A stretch of DNA of 48,490 nucleotides from Kofleriaceae bacterium. Lineage in GTDB: Bacteria > Myxococcota_A > Polyangia > Haliangiales > Haliangiaceae. The stretch lies in NCBI GenBank assembly GCA_046597055.1, contig JBKJLC010000183.1:1-48490 (forward strand), written 5' to 3'. The translations under genes and the position numbers were made by a program. The notes below the pieces were generated by a model, which saw nothing but the letters and a program-made list of their open reading frames with translations, did not search any database and was not told where the DNA came from. Shown here piece after piece: positions 34,038-47,756 of this stretch (position 1 is the stretch's first letter; each line of letters begins with the position of its first letter).

Positions 34038-35294
34038 GTGCTCGACGCCGACGCCTTCCACGAGATCGCCCAGAGCCTGGCCCGCCACAAGCTGCGGACC
34101 GCGCTGACCGCGCTCGGCGTGTTCCTCGGCATCTTCATCTTCGTGCTGATGGTGGGCTTTGGCCCCGCGCTGCGCGGCGCGATCACCAAGCGCATGGCCG
34201 GGTTCGCCACCAACGCCGTGTTCATGTCCGGCCGGCGGACGACCGTCCCGTGGCAGGGCATGCAGCCCAACCGCCCGATCGTCTTCACCAACGCCGACAT
34301 CCCGACGCTGCGGCAGCTGGCCGGGGTCGAGCACCTGGCGCCGCGCAACCAGCTCGGCGGCTTCCGCAGCGGCGCGGTGGTCAAGCGCAACGGCAAGACC
34401 GGCAGCTTCCAGGTCGCCGGTGACTACCCCGACTTCCAGCGCATCCAGTCGCCGGTCATCCGCGCCGGCCGGTTCATCAACGACCGCGACATCGCCGAGC
34501 GCCGCAAGATCGCCGTGATCGGTGAGGAGGTCGTCCGCCAGCTGTTCCCCCGCGGCGAGGAGCCCATCGGCCAGGCGCTCGACGTCAACGGCATCCACTT
34601 CGAGGTGGTCGGCGTGTTCGGCTCCCGCGCCACCGGCACCCAAGGCGACCAGCAGGTCAGCACGGTCCACCTGCCCTTCACGACCTTCCAGCAGGCCTTC
34701 AACTTCGGCGATCGCGTGTCGTGGTTCGCGCTGACCGCGCTGCCGGGCGTCAGCGGCGCCGATCTCGAGCAGCGGGCGCGCGCGGCGCTCAGCCAGCGCC
34801 ACAAGATCGCGCCCGGCGATGACATGGCGATCCAGGCGTGGAACCTCGCCAAGCAGTTCGAGAAGCAGGGCAAGCTGTTCATCGTGGTCGGGTGGGTGCT
34901 CGGCTTCGCCGGCCTGTTCAGCCTGCTCGCCGGCGCCATCGGCGTGTCCAACATCATGCTGATCACCGTCCGCGAGCGGACCAAGGAGATCGGCGTGCGC
35001 AAGGCGCTCGGCGCCACGCCGCGCAACGTCGTCGCGATGGTCGTCGCCGAGTCGGTCTTCCTGACGATCGGCGCCGGCTACCTCGGCCTGGTCGCCGGGG
35101 TCGGCGCGGTCGAGCTGTTCGCGTGGCTGATCAACCAGGCCGGCGACAAGATCCCGCTCGGCGCGCCCGAGGTCTCGCTCGACTTCGCCATCTTCGCCAC
35201 CGCCACCCTCGTCGTCGTCGGCGCGATCGCCGGCCTCATCCCGGCCCTGCGCGCCGCCGCGATCCAGCCGATCGTCGCGCTGCGCGACGAGTAG
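34038..35294 (+). CDS. MacB/FtsX-family ABC permease (second paralogue)
   Basis: GGAGG RBS then GTG; KLRTALTALGV, GAIGVSNIMLITVRERTKEIGVRKALGA. Confidence 0.92.
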   Translation: MLDADAFHEIAQSLARHKLRTALTALGVFLGIFIFVLMVGFGPALRGAITKRMAGFATNAVFMSGRRTTVPWQGMQPNRPIVFTNADIPTLRQLAGVEHLAPRNQLGGFRSGAVVKRNGKTGSFQVAGDYPDFQRIQSPVIRAGRFINDRDIAERRKIAVIGEEVVRQLFPRGEEPIGQALDVNGIHFEVVGVFGSRATGTQGDQQVSTVHLPFTTFQQAFNFGDRVSWFALTALPGVSGADLEQRARAALSQRHKIAPGDDMAIQAWNLAKQFEKQGKLFIVVGWVLGFAGLFSLLAGAIGVSNIMLITVRERTKEIGVRKALGATPRNVVAMVVAESVFLTIGAGYLGLVAGVGAVELFAWLINQAGDKIPLGAPEVSLDFAIFATATLVVVGAIAGLIPALRAAAIQPIVALRDE

Positions 35295-35318
35295 TCGTTC
35301 CCCCGAAGTGAGCCCGTC

Positions 35319-36476
35319 ATGAAGCGCATCCTCCCCGTCCTGATCGTCCTGGCCTGCGTCGCCGCCGCCGTCGGCACGATGTGGTTCCTGTGGGCGAAGT
35401 CGAAGAAGCGACCGGTGCCGGTCCGCACCGAGAGCGCCGAGGTCCGTGACATCGTGCAGAAGACGGTCGCGACCGGGGCGATCGTCCCGCGCGAAGAGGT
35501 GGAGATCAAGCCGCGGGTCTCGGGCGTGCTCGAGGAGCTGTTCGTCGAGGCCGGCGCGCCGATCAAGGCCGGCGACAAGATCGGCCGGATCCAGATCGTC
35601 CCCGACGCGGCCGCGCTGCAGCGCGCCGAGTCAGCGGTGCAGTCCGCCAAGATTGCCTTCGACAACGCCCGCCGCGAGCTCGAGCGGGGCCAGGGCCTGT
35701 TCACGCAGGGCGTGATCTCCGAGGCCGAGCTGGCCGGCTTCAAGAACACCTTCGCGATCAGCCAGCAGGGCCTGAGCTCGGCCGGCCAGGGGCTGCAGGT
35801 CGTGCGCGAGGGTCAGGCGCGCGGCGGCAGCAAGCTGTCGAACGTGATCGTGACCTCGACCGTCGATGGCATGGTGATCGACGTGCCGGTCAAGGTCGGC
35901 TTCAGCGTGACCGAGTCGAACAACTTCAACCCGGGCACCACGATCGCGACGGTCGCCGACATGAGCGACATGATCTTCCTCGGTCAGGTCGACGAGAGCG
36001 AGGTCGGCAAGATCAAGGTGGGGATGCCGCTGTCGATCAAGATCGGCGCGCTGGAGCAGGAGACCTTCGTCGGCAAGCTCGAGCACATCGCGCCCAAGGG
36101 CAAGGAGCTCGAGGGCGCGATCCAGTTCGAGATCAAGGCGGCGGTCACGCCCAAGCCGAACGTGTTCGTCCGCGCCGGCTACAGCGCCAACGCCGACGTC
36201 GTGCTCGACAAGCGGACCGGCGTGCTCGCGATCCGCGAGGCGCTGCTGCAGTTCGACAAGGGCACGCCGTTCGTCGAGGTCGAGACCGGGCCCGGCCAGT
36301 ACGAGCGCCGCGAGCTCAAGCTCGGCCTGTCCGACGGCATCTACGCCGAGGTGGTGAGCGGCGTGACCAAGGACGACCAGATCAAGCAGCCGCAGAACGC
36401 CGGCCCACCCGGCATGGGCGGGGCCGGTGGCCCCCGCGGCGGCGGGCCCCCGCGCGGCGGGCCTCCCCGGCGCTAG
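35319..36476 (+). CDS. periplasmic adaptor / membrane fusion protein (MacA-like)
   Basis: N-terminal TM, ATGAIVPREEVEIKPRVSG, alpha-helical hairpin, STVDG, VDESEVGKIKVG, GYSANA, GLSDG. Confidence 0.9.
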   Translation: MKRILPVLIVLACVAAAVGTMWFLWAKSKKRPVPVRTESAEVRDIVQKTVATGAIVPREEVEIKPRVSGVLEELFVEAGAPIKAGDKIGRIQIVPDAAALQRAESAVQSAKIAFDNARRELERGQGLFTQGVISEAELAGFKNTFAISQQGLSSAGQGLQVVREGQARGGSKLSNVIVTSTVDGMVIDVPVKVGFSVTESNNFNPGTTIATVADMSDMIFLGQVDESEVGKIKVGMPLSIKIGALEQETFVGKLEHIAPKGKELEGAIQFEIKAAVTPKPNVFVRAGYSANADVVLDKRTGVLAIREALLQFDKGTPFVEVETGPGQYERRELKLGLSDGIYAEVVSGVTKDDQIKQPQNAGPPGMGGAGGPRGGGPPRGGPPRR

Positions 36477-36545
36477 CGCCTCGAAGACTTCCCCCATGCC
36501 ACCGGGGGCGCGGCGTGCGCGCGCGCCCGGGGACGGGCCGACCGG

Positions 36546-37418
36546 TCAGGCGGTCGAAGATCCCGGGACCAGGGTCGCGTGCGGGAAGCCGGCCTCGGCC
36601 TCGTGGATCGCGGTGCGCCCGATCGCGGCGGCCATCGCGTCAAGCTCGTCGGGCCCGAACGGCCGGACGAACCCGATCGAGCGACCAAACTGGATGCCGG
36701 CGTCGCCCGCGTCCGGATCGAGCCCGCGGGCGCGACCGGCCGCGCGGCCGAGCCGCCGCGCCATCCGCCAGATCCGGCTCGACGGCGCCCCCGGCGAACC
36801 CAGGCGCACCACGAAGCTCACCAGGATCGGGCCGTGCGGCGCCAGCGTGGCCGCGGCTGCGAGCACCCGCACCCGCTCGGCCGGATCGAGCACGTGGGAG
36901 AAGCTGGTCCAGCCAAACAGCACCGCGTCCCACTCGCGGCCCACGATGGCCGCCAGGTGGTCGCCGCCGGGGCGACCCGCGACTGCGTCGGCCAGGTCGG
37001 TGTAGTCGGCGCACACGACCGGGAACCGGCCGCCGGCCGCGGTGGCCGCGCGGGCGCACATCACCGGCGCCGGCTCGAACGCCGCGACCTGGTAGCCCCG
37101 CGCGGCCAGCGCGAGCGCCTCACGGCCGGCGCCGGCGGCACCGATCAGGATCCGCGCCGGGGCGGGTGGCAGCCGGTGACCGAGCCATGCCTCCTCCCAG
37201 TCCCACAGCCCGCCCGCGGGGTCGTAGAGCTGGGCGTCGAGGTCGTAGAGCTGGACGGTGAGCTGGGTCTTCTCGTCGGTCGCCAGCGCCGCGCCCAGCG
37301 CGCCGTCGGTGACCAGCCGGGCGACGTGGCCGACCGTGCGCAGGGTGCGACCGATCCGCGCGTAGGCGCCGACCACCTGCGCGACGGCGCGGAACCCGAG
37401 GCGCGGGTGGGATGGCAT
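36546..37418 (-). CDS. class I SAM-dependent methyltransferase-like protein
   Basis: GLWDWE, motif I variant RILIGAAGAGRE, VAAFEP, WDAVLFGWTSFSH. Start at ATG 37418. Confidence 0.7.
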   Translation of the reverse strand: MPSHPRLGFRAVAQVVGAYARIGRTLRTVGHVARLVTDGALGAALATDEKTQLTVQLYDLDAQLYDPAGGLWDWEEAWLGHRLPPAPARILIGAAGAGREALALAARGYQVAAFEPAPVMCARAATAAGGRFPVVCADYTDLADAVAGRPGGDHLAAIVGREWDAVLFGWTSFSHVLDPAERVRVLAAAATLAPHGPILVSFVVRLGSPGAPSSRIWRMARRLGRAAGRARGLDPDAGDAGIQFGRSIGFVRPFGPDELDAMAAAIGRTAIHEAEAGFPHATLVPGSSTA

Positions 37419-37533
37419 GCCGCGGCATCCTATCAGCGCCGCTCCGATCCTCGCCGCGGCCGGCCGATTCCCGCGGTGGCGAAGCCGGTTCGCGCTTGCT
37501 GGCGGCGCGCCCGCGCTATACGACGGGCCCTCC

Positions 37534-39153
37534 ATGATCTCGTTCGCGGGTGTGACCAAGCAGTACGGCGGCCAGATCCTCCTCGTGGAGGCCAGCTTCC
37601 AGATCAACCCCGGCGAGCGCATCGGCCTGGTCGGGCCCAACGGCGCCGGCAAGTCGACCGTGTTCCGCATGATCATGGGCGACGAGGACGCCGACGACGG
37701 CGTGATCGAGCGGCCGCGCAAGCTGACGGTCGGGTTCTTCCGCCAGGACACCGGCGACATGGCGGGGCGCTCGATCCTGGCCGAGACCGTCGCCGGCGCC
37801 GGTGAGGTCGCCGAGCTGGGCGAGGAGCTCGCCATGCTGACCCAGCGGCTCGAGGCCGCCGGCGACGATCTCGACGAGGTGGTCACCCGGTTCGGCGACG
37901 TCCAGGCGCGCTACCAGGACCTCGGCGGCTACGAGCTCGAGGCCCGGGCCCAGGAGGTGCTGCACGGCCTCGGCTTCCCGACCGAGCGGTTCGGCGACGA
38001 CGTCGGCACGCTGTCGGGCGGCTGGAAGATGCGGGTCGCGCTGGCGCGCATCCTGCTGGCCCGGCCCGAGGTGCTGCTGCTCGACGAGCCGACCAACTAC
38101 CTCGACCTCGAGTCCATCCTCTGGTTCGAGGGCTTCCTCCGCACCTACCCGGGCACGGTCGTGATGACCTGCCACGACCGCGAGATCATGAACCGCGTGG
38201 TCGGCAAGATCATCGAGATCGACGGCGGCACCATCCGCACCTACGGCGGCAACCACGACTTCTACGAGCTGGCCCGGATCGAGGAGGCGGCCCGGCGCGA
38301 GGCCGAGTACGGCCGCCAGCAGGCGATGCTGGCCAAGGAGAGCCGGTTCATCGACCGGTTCAAGGCCCACGCCGCCAAGGCGGCCCAGGTCCAGAGCCGG
38401 CAGAAGAAGCTCGACAAGATCGAGAAGATCGCCGAGCCGCGCCGCATCGTCGAGCGCCGCTTCGAGTTCCGCACCGCCGCGCGCTCGGGCGACGACGTGG
38501 TCAAGCTCGAGCAGGTCCGCAAGGCCTACGGCGCCCGGGTCGTGCACGACGGCGTCTCGCTGATCGTGCGCCGGCGTGAGCGCTGGGCGGTCATGGGCGA
38601 GAACGGCGCCGGCAAGTCGACCTTGCTCAAGATGATCGCCGGGGCGCTCGCCCCCGACAACGGCGCGGCCACGGTCGGCGCGTCGGTGACGCTCGGCTAC
38701 TACGCGCAGCACCTGATGGAGCAGCTCAGCGGCGACTGGACCGTGCTCGAGGAGCTCGAGGCCCACGCCCCGGCCGCCAACCAGGGCACGCTGCGCAACC
38801 TCGCGGGCGCCTTCGGCTTCCACGACGACGACGTGATGAAGCCGATCCGCGTGCTGTCGGGCGGCGAGAAGGCCCGGGTCGCGCTGGCCAAGCTGCTCTA
38901 CGACGCGCCCAACCTGCTGGTGCTCGACGAGCCGACCAATCATCTCGACATCGCGACCAAGCGCGCGCTGGTCACCGCGCTCGCCGAGTACGAGGGCACG
39001 CTGATCTTCGTCTCGCACGATCGGCAGTTCCTGCGCGCGCTGGCGACCCGGGTCCTCGAGCTGAGCAGCGCCGGCAAGCCCCACGTCTACGGCGGCACCT
39101 ACGACGAGTACGTAGCATCGACCGGCCGCGAGGCGCCCGGCATGCGCGTGTGA
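37534..39153 (+). CDS. ABC-F family ATPase
   Basis: Two NBDs (GPNGAGKST / LSGGWKMR / LDEPTNYLD and GENGAGKST / LSGGEKAR / LDEPTNHLD); no TM domains. Confidence 0.94.
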   Translation: MISFAGVTKQYGGQILLVEASFQINPGERIGLVGPNGAGKSTVFRMIMGDEDADDGVIERPRKLTVGFFRQDTGDMAGRSILAETVAGAGEVAELGEELAMLTQRLEAAGDDLDEVVTRFGDVQARYQDLGGYELEARAQEVLHGLGFPTERFGDDVGTLSGGWKMRVALARILLARPEVLLLDEPTNYLDLESILWFEGFLRTYPGTVVMTCHDREIMNRVVGKIIEIDGGTIRTYGGNHDFYELARIEEAARREAEYGRQQAMLAKESRFIDRFKAHAAKAAQVQSRQKKLDKIEKIAEPRRIVERRFEFRTAARSGDDVVKLEQVRKAYGARVVHDGVSLIVRRRERWAVMGENGAGKSTLLKMIAGALAPDNGAATVGASVTLGYYAQHLMEQLSGDWTVLEELEAHAPAANQGTLRNLAGAFGFHDDDVMKPIRVLSGGEKARVALAKLLYDAPNLLVLDEPTNHLDIATKRALVTALAEYEGTLIFVSHDRQFLRALATRVLELSSAGKPHVYGGTYDEYVASTGREAPGMRV

Positions 39154-39256
39154 GCACGCCACCGGCCTGGCACACGGGCGTGCGGGATCGTCACCGTCGG
39201 GAAAGTCGGGTCCCGCCGTCGCCGACGGCTGTGCTATTCAGGCCAGGGAACTCGCC

Positions 39257-40891
<1,635 letters not shown>

Positions 40892-40904
40892 CCCCCGGGT
40901 CAGA

Positions 40905-42845
40905 TCAGAACGCCTGGCGGTAGCCGGCGGTGATGCGCGGCGGCCATACCCCGCGGGTGCCCCCAGGTACGTCGTACCGGCTGAGCGGGAACCCGATGTC
41001 GAAGCGGAAGACCTCGGGCGACAGCTGGGGACCGAGCGCGCGGAGACCAAACCCGACGTCCTGGTAGATGCGCACATCGCCGGCGCGGTCGGCGGCGCCG
41101 CCGGCGTCGTGGAACCCGATCAGCCCCCAGCGACTGCCGAGGAACAGGCGCGCGCTGCGGGTGCGCCACTCGGACTGGATCACGGCGCGGCGATCACCGT
41201 CGATGAAGTTGACCGGATAGGCGCGCAGGCCGCTGTCCCCGCCCAGGTAGAGGAAGCGGTTGGACGAGTCCCGGTACACGCCGGTGATGCGCAGCTCGCT
41301 GATGCCGCGGCCGTACCGGGTCGCCGGGGTGATCGCGCGCGCGGTGACCGCCGCCACCCGATCCACCAGCGCCGAGCCGTCGAGCCGGGCCGACAGCGAC
41401 GCGGCCAGGGTGGCCTGCCCGTCGCCCCCCCACGCCTCGGTCCAGCCGCCGTCGAGCGAGACCCGGGCAAAGTTGCTGTCCGACGCCAGGGCGCGCAGGC
41501 CGGTGCCGACCGTGAGCTGGACGCGGGGCCCGAGCCGGGTGTCCTCGGCGAGGTCGAAGCTGTCGACGTCGCGGTACTCGCGGTAGCGCGGCGTGAACAC
41601 CTCGTAGGCGCCGTAGACGACGCCGGTGCGCTCGTCGCGCGGCAGCACGTCGGCGACGAAGTCGGCGCGGGCCGCGTCGGAGCCGGCGAAGTCGCCGGGC
41701 ACGGTCGGGCGCTGGCTGGTCAGATCGTAGCCGGCCTTGATCCGGTGCTTGAGGGCCTCGCCGCCGAGCTGGCGGACCACGCCGACCCCGACCGACCAGT
41801 ACCGCTGCCGGTAGAGGTGTGGGATCGCCTCGACCTCCGGGGTCGACGGGGCGTCGAAGGTGCGCAGCTCGGTGTCCCGGAACGATCGCTCGGTGGCGTA
41901 GCGATGGCTGGCGTCGACGGTCCAGCCCCACCGGCTGGCGAGCGACCATAGCGGCCGGCTCACCGCGAACGCGCTGGCGCTGCCCTCGGCCTCGAACGAG
42001 TCCCGGTTGATGATCGGGCCACCCCGGCCGCGGACCTCGAGCTGCTTGCCGAGCAGGTTCTTGTTGATGTAGAGCGGCCCCAGCGACAGCGTCGCCTGGT
42101 CCATCACGAACACCACCGCGAGCACCATGCGGCGGCCCAGGAAGTTGTTCTCCGACAGCGACAGGGACAGGTAGGTGAACTGCCCTCCCTGGAACTCGTA
42201 GTTCGAGTTCATGCGCAGGCTGAAGATGTCGCGGGTGACCACCAGCAGGTCGACCTCGCCGGGCGTGTCGGCGCGCACCGGCACCACCACCGCCAGCGTG
42301 GTGAACAGCGGATCGCGCAGCTTGCGCTGGGTCTCGTCGACCTTGTCGACGTCGTAGAGCGAGCCCGGGCGCAGGAGGACCTCGCGGGCGACCACGTGCT
42401 CGCGGCTCGAGACGTGGAAGAAGTTGGCCCAGCGGAAGATGCGCTCGTCGTCGCCGAACACCGGCATGGTGATGACGTGGAGCGCGCGCACGCGCTTGCC
42501 AGCCGGGGCCAGGTCGACCACCAGCCGGCGCTGCTCGAGCGCCTTCACCAGCGCCGCGCGCTCGAGGGTACCGAGCAGCGCGATCGGGTCGCAGGCGGCG
42601 GTGCGCGCCTCGCACGCCAGCCGCATCGCCGCGCGCGCCTCGCGCGCCTGCAGCGGCCGGGCCCGGATGTCGGCCGCGGTGAGCCCGCCCCCTGGCTCGG
42701 CGACCGGGGCGGGGAGCGGCGCCGGTGCGGGCACCGATCGGGGCGCCGGGGCCGATGGCGGCACCACGTCGACCAGCGGCTCGGCGCGCGCCGATCCCGC
42801 GCTCGCGACGATCACGCATACAACAACGAACAGACGTCTCGGCAC
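40905..42845 (-). CDS. Omp85/BamA-TamA-like outer-membrane protein
   Basis: Signal peptide; POTRA-like SREHVVAREVLLRPG...ETQRKLRD...VVTRD; SENNFLG; LGGDSGLRAY (VRGF/LRGY-like); C-terminal Phe. Confidence 0.78.
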   Translation of the reverse strand: MPRRLFVVVCVIVASAGSARAEPLVDVVPPSAPAPRSVPAPAPLPAPVAEPGGGLTAADIRARPLQAREARAAMRLACEARTAACDPIALLGTLERAALVKALEQRRLVVDLAPAGKRVRALHVITMPVFGDDERIFRWANFFHVSSREHVVAREVLLRPGSLYDVDKVDETQRKLRDPLFTTLAVVVPVRADTPGEVDLLVVTRDIFSLRMNSNYEFQGGQFTYLSLSLSENNFLGRRMVLAVVFVMDQATLSLGPLYINKNLLGKQLEVRGRGGPIINRDSFEAEGSASAFAVSRPLWSLASRWGWTVDASHRYATERSFRDTELRTFDAPSTPEVEAIPHLYRQRYWSVGVGVVRQLGGEALKHRIKAGYDLTSQRPTVPGDFAGSDAARADFVADVLPRDERTGVVYGAYEVFTPRYREYRDVDSFDLAEDTRLGPRVQLTVGTGLRALASDSNFARVSLDGGWTEAWGGDGQATLAASLSARLDGSALVDRVAAVTARAITPATRYGRGISELRITGVYRDSSNRFLYLGGDSGLRAYPVNFIDGDRRAVIQSEWRTRSARLFLGSRWGLIGFHDAGGAADRAGDVRIYQDVGFGLRALGPQLSPEVFRFDIGFPLSRYDVPGGTRGVWPPRITAGYRQAF

Positions 42846-42891
42846 GTGGCCTCGACACTGTACCGAAGCAGGAGCGTACAATCGAGGCCGC

Positions 42892-44829
<1,938 letters not shown>

Positions 44830-47685
44830 ATGCCCGTGATCCTCTCGCGTGCGGTCCCGTGTGCCGCCGTCCTCCTGCTGCTGATCACCGGCCGCGCCGC
44901 CGCGGTCGAGCGCGATTGCCCGACCGGCCAGACCTGGAGCCCGACCCTGGGCGCGTGCGTCAGGAGGGCGGTCGCGCGCAAGCGGTCGCCCGCAGAGTCA
45001 TATTACGCGGCGATCGACCTGATCGAGGGCAAGCGCGGCGCCCCCGATCCGACCCGCGCCGCGCCGCTGCTCGAGCGCTCGTGCGCCGCGCGCCACGCGG
45101 CCTCGTGCACGCTGCTCGGGTTCCTGTACGAGGGTGGTCGCCTGGGCGCCGCCGACCCCGGCAAGGCGCTGGTCCACTACGAGCGGGCCTGCGCGCTGGG
45201 CGACACCGACGGCTGCGTGTCGACCTCGAACGTCCACGCCAAGGGCCTGCTCGGCGATCCCGCCCCGGCGGCGGCGCTCGCGCCGCTGACGCGCGCGTGC
45301 GAACTCGGCTCCGGCCGCGGCTGCGTCACGCTCGCCGAGAAGTACGAGCAAGCGCTCGGGGTCGCCAGGGACGAACCCCGGGCCAAGGCACTGTACGCGC
45401 GCGCACTCGAGCGGCTCACGGCCGAGTGTCCGAAGCTCGGACCGAGCTGCTACCAGCTCGGCCTGCTCCACACGTTCGGCAAGGGGGTCGAGCGCGACTA
45501 CGGCAAGGCGCGCGCGGTGTTCACCGCCGGCTGCGAGGCTGGCTCGGGCACGTCATGCTACGCGGTCGGGTATCTCATCCAGCGCGGCTTCGGCGCCGAC
45601 GCCGACGAGGCGAGCGCCCTGCCCTACCACCTGCGCGCGTGCGAGCAGTACGACAGCGCCGACGCCTGCCACGACGCCGGCGCGATCCTCGCCAGCCAGG
45701 CCGGCACCGATCCGGCCCGGCTCAACGCGCTGGCGATCCGCGCGTGCAAGCTGTCCGCCGAGCAGTGTGACCTCGAGGCGTACCTCCTGACCACCGGCAA
45801 GGGCGGCACCACCGACCAGACCCGCGCGACCCAGACCTACCTGCGCGCGTGCCAGGCCGGCAACGCGCTGGCGTGCTCGGCGGCGGCCAGCCGGATCGCC
45901 CACGGCGAGGGCGTGCCGGCCGACGGCGCGCTGGCGACCCAGATCTGGGAGCGCGCGTGCGAGACCGGCTCGGGCCAGGACTGCTGGCAGGCCGGCGTGA
46001 CCCACCGCGACGGCGAGCTGGTCAAGGCCGACCGGGCCCGCGCGTTCGAGCTGCTCACCACCGGCTGCACGCGCAAGAGCGCGATCGCGTGCGAGGACGC
46101 GGCCGAGATGGCGCTGTCCGGCGAGGACGGCACCGGTCGCAAGAATCCCGGGCGCGCGGTCGCGATGCTCACCGCCGGCTGCGAGCTGGGCCGCGGCGAC
46201 AGCTGCACCCGACTCGGCGACGTCCACCGGGACGGCGAAGGCGTCGCGGTCGATCCCCACCGCGCGCTGGCCGCGTACACCCTCGGGTGCCAGGCCGGCG
46301 ACGGCGCGGGCTGCATGGGCATGGCGCGCCTGCACGAGGCCGGCCCGCTCAAGGACCTGCCGGCGGCGTTCGCCGAGCACGCGCGCGCCTGTCAGCTCGG
46401 CGAGGGCAGCGGCTGCCGCATCCTCGAGACGCTGTCGCAGCACGCCGGCGCCAACGACGCGACCCGCGCCCAGGCCGCGGCCCTGCTGGCCGCGTCGTGC
46501 GAGGGCACCGCGCACGTCGAAGATGCGTGCACCGCGCTGGCGCAGAGCTACGCGTTCGGCGGCCTGGCCGGCAAGGATCCCAAGCGCGCGCTCGCGGTCG
46601 CCAAGGCCAGCTGTGGCCGCGGCTACCGCCCGGCGTGCATGCTGATCGCCGACTACGTCGTGCTGGGCATCGGCGTGGTCGCCAACCCCGGGGCCGCCCG
46701 CGAGCGCTACACGACGCTGTGCGATCAGGATCTGCCCGAGGCGTGCTGGAAGCTCGGCACCATGCTGTCGCAGGACGGCAAGCATACCGATGCCGCCAGC
46801 CTGTTCCACCGCGCGTGCGAGGAGGGCCTGGCCGCCGGCTGCAACAGCTTCGGCTTTTGCCTCTACACCGGCCAGGGTGCGACCTGGAACGTCGGCGAGG
46901 CGCGCACCGCCTACGAGCGGGCGTGCGAGCTCGGTGACGACTTCGGCTGCGCCAACGTCGGCGAGATCTACCAGTTCGGCATCGGCGTGCCGGTCGACCT
47001 CACCGCCGCGGCGACGTCGTACGCGAAGTCGTGCGACCAGGTGGCGGTGGCCGGGTGCGCGCGGCTCGGCGAGCTGACCGAGCGCGGCGCGGGCGGCCTG
47101 AAGCCGGACCCGGCCGCCGCGCGCGCGCTGTACGCCCGGGGCTGTGATGCCGGCGCGCCCGAGGCGTGTCGCGCGCTGGCCGGGTTCGACGAGCGCGCCG
47201 GGAAGAGCTCGCCACCCGAGATCGCCAAGCTGTACCAGCGCGCGTACGACCTCGCCTCGCAGCAGGCGCCGACCAACCCGTACTACGCGTACGTGATCGG
47301 CACGTTCCACCAGGACGGCATCGGCGTCACCCGCGACGCCCGGGTCGCGAGCACCTGGTTCGACAAGGCGTGCGAGGGGCGCGATCCGATCGGCTGCCTC
47401 GCCGCCGGCGAGGCCCATCTGGCCGGCGCCAGCGGCCAGCGGGACGCGACCCAGGCGGCGGCGATGTTCGACCGCGCGTGCGCAGCCGGCGTCGAGCGCG
47501 CGTGCGCGCGGGCCAGCCAGGCCAAGAAGGTCGTGCCGATGAGCGGCCAGCGCTGCGGATGTGGCAGCGGCAGTGGCAGTGGCAGCGGCGAGGGCGACGC
47601 CGGTGTGATCGCGATCGCAGGGGTGGCCGCGTGTGTGCTGGCGCGTCGGCGTCGGCGGCCTGCGCCACGTCATCGGTTGCATTAG
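44830..47685 (+). CDS. large Cys-paired Sel1-like (Hcp-type) repeat protein with MYXO-CTERM-like tail
   Basis: Signal peptide; 22 C-x6-9-C pairs counted in SLR-like repeats; C-terminal RCGC-GSGSGSGSG, hydrophobic stretch, RRRRR. Confidence 0.88.
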   Translation: MPVILSRAVPCAAVLLLLITGRAAAVERDCPTGQTWSPTLGACVRRAVARKRSPAESYYAAIDLIEGKRGAPDPTRAAPLLERSCAARHAASCTLLGFLYEGGRLGAADPGKALVHYERACALGDTDGCVSTSNVHAKGLLGDPAPAAALAPLTRACELGSGRGCVTLAEKYEQALGVARDEPRAKALYARALERLTAECPKLGPSCYQLGLLHTFGKGVERDYGKARAVFTAGCEAGSGTSCYAVGYLIQRGFGADADEASALPYHLRACEQYDSADACHDAGAILASQAGTDPARLNALAIRACKLSAEQCDLEAYLLTTGKGGTTDQTRATQTYLRACQAGNALACSAAASRIAHGEGVPADGALATQIWERACETGSGQDCWQAGVTHRDGELVKADRARAFELLTTGCTRKSAIACEDAAEMALSGEDGTGRKNPGRAVAMLTAGCELGRGDSCTRLGDVHRDGEGVAVDPHRALAAYTLGCQAGDGAGCMGMARLHEAGPLKDLPAAFAEHARACQLGEGSGCRILETLSQHAGANDATRAQAAALLAASCEGTAHVEDACTALAQSYAFGGLAGKDPKRALAVAKASCGRGYRPACMLIADYVVLGIGVVANPGAARERYTTLCDQDLPEACWKLGTMLSQDGKHTDAASLFHRACEEGLAAGCNSFGFCLYTGQGATWNVGEARTAYERACELGDDFGCANVGEIYQFGIGVPVDLTAAATSYAKSCDQVAVAGCARLGELTERGAGGLKPDPAAARALYARGCDAGAPEACRALAGFDERAGKSSPPEIAKLYQRAYDLASQQAPTNPYYAYVIGTFHQDGIGVTRDARVASTWFDKACEGRDPIGCLAAGEAHLAGASGQRDATQAAAMFDRACAAGVERACARASQAKKVVPMSGQRCGCGSGSGSGSGEGDAGVIAIAGVAACVLARRRRRPAPRHRLH

Positions 47686-47756
47686 ACGTGAATGGCTCGC
47701 ACGACCCTCGCGTCGTACGCTCGCCGTTGCCGTCTCTCGCCGCCTGCGGAGGTCCC

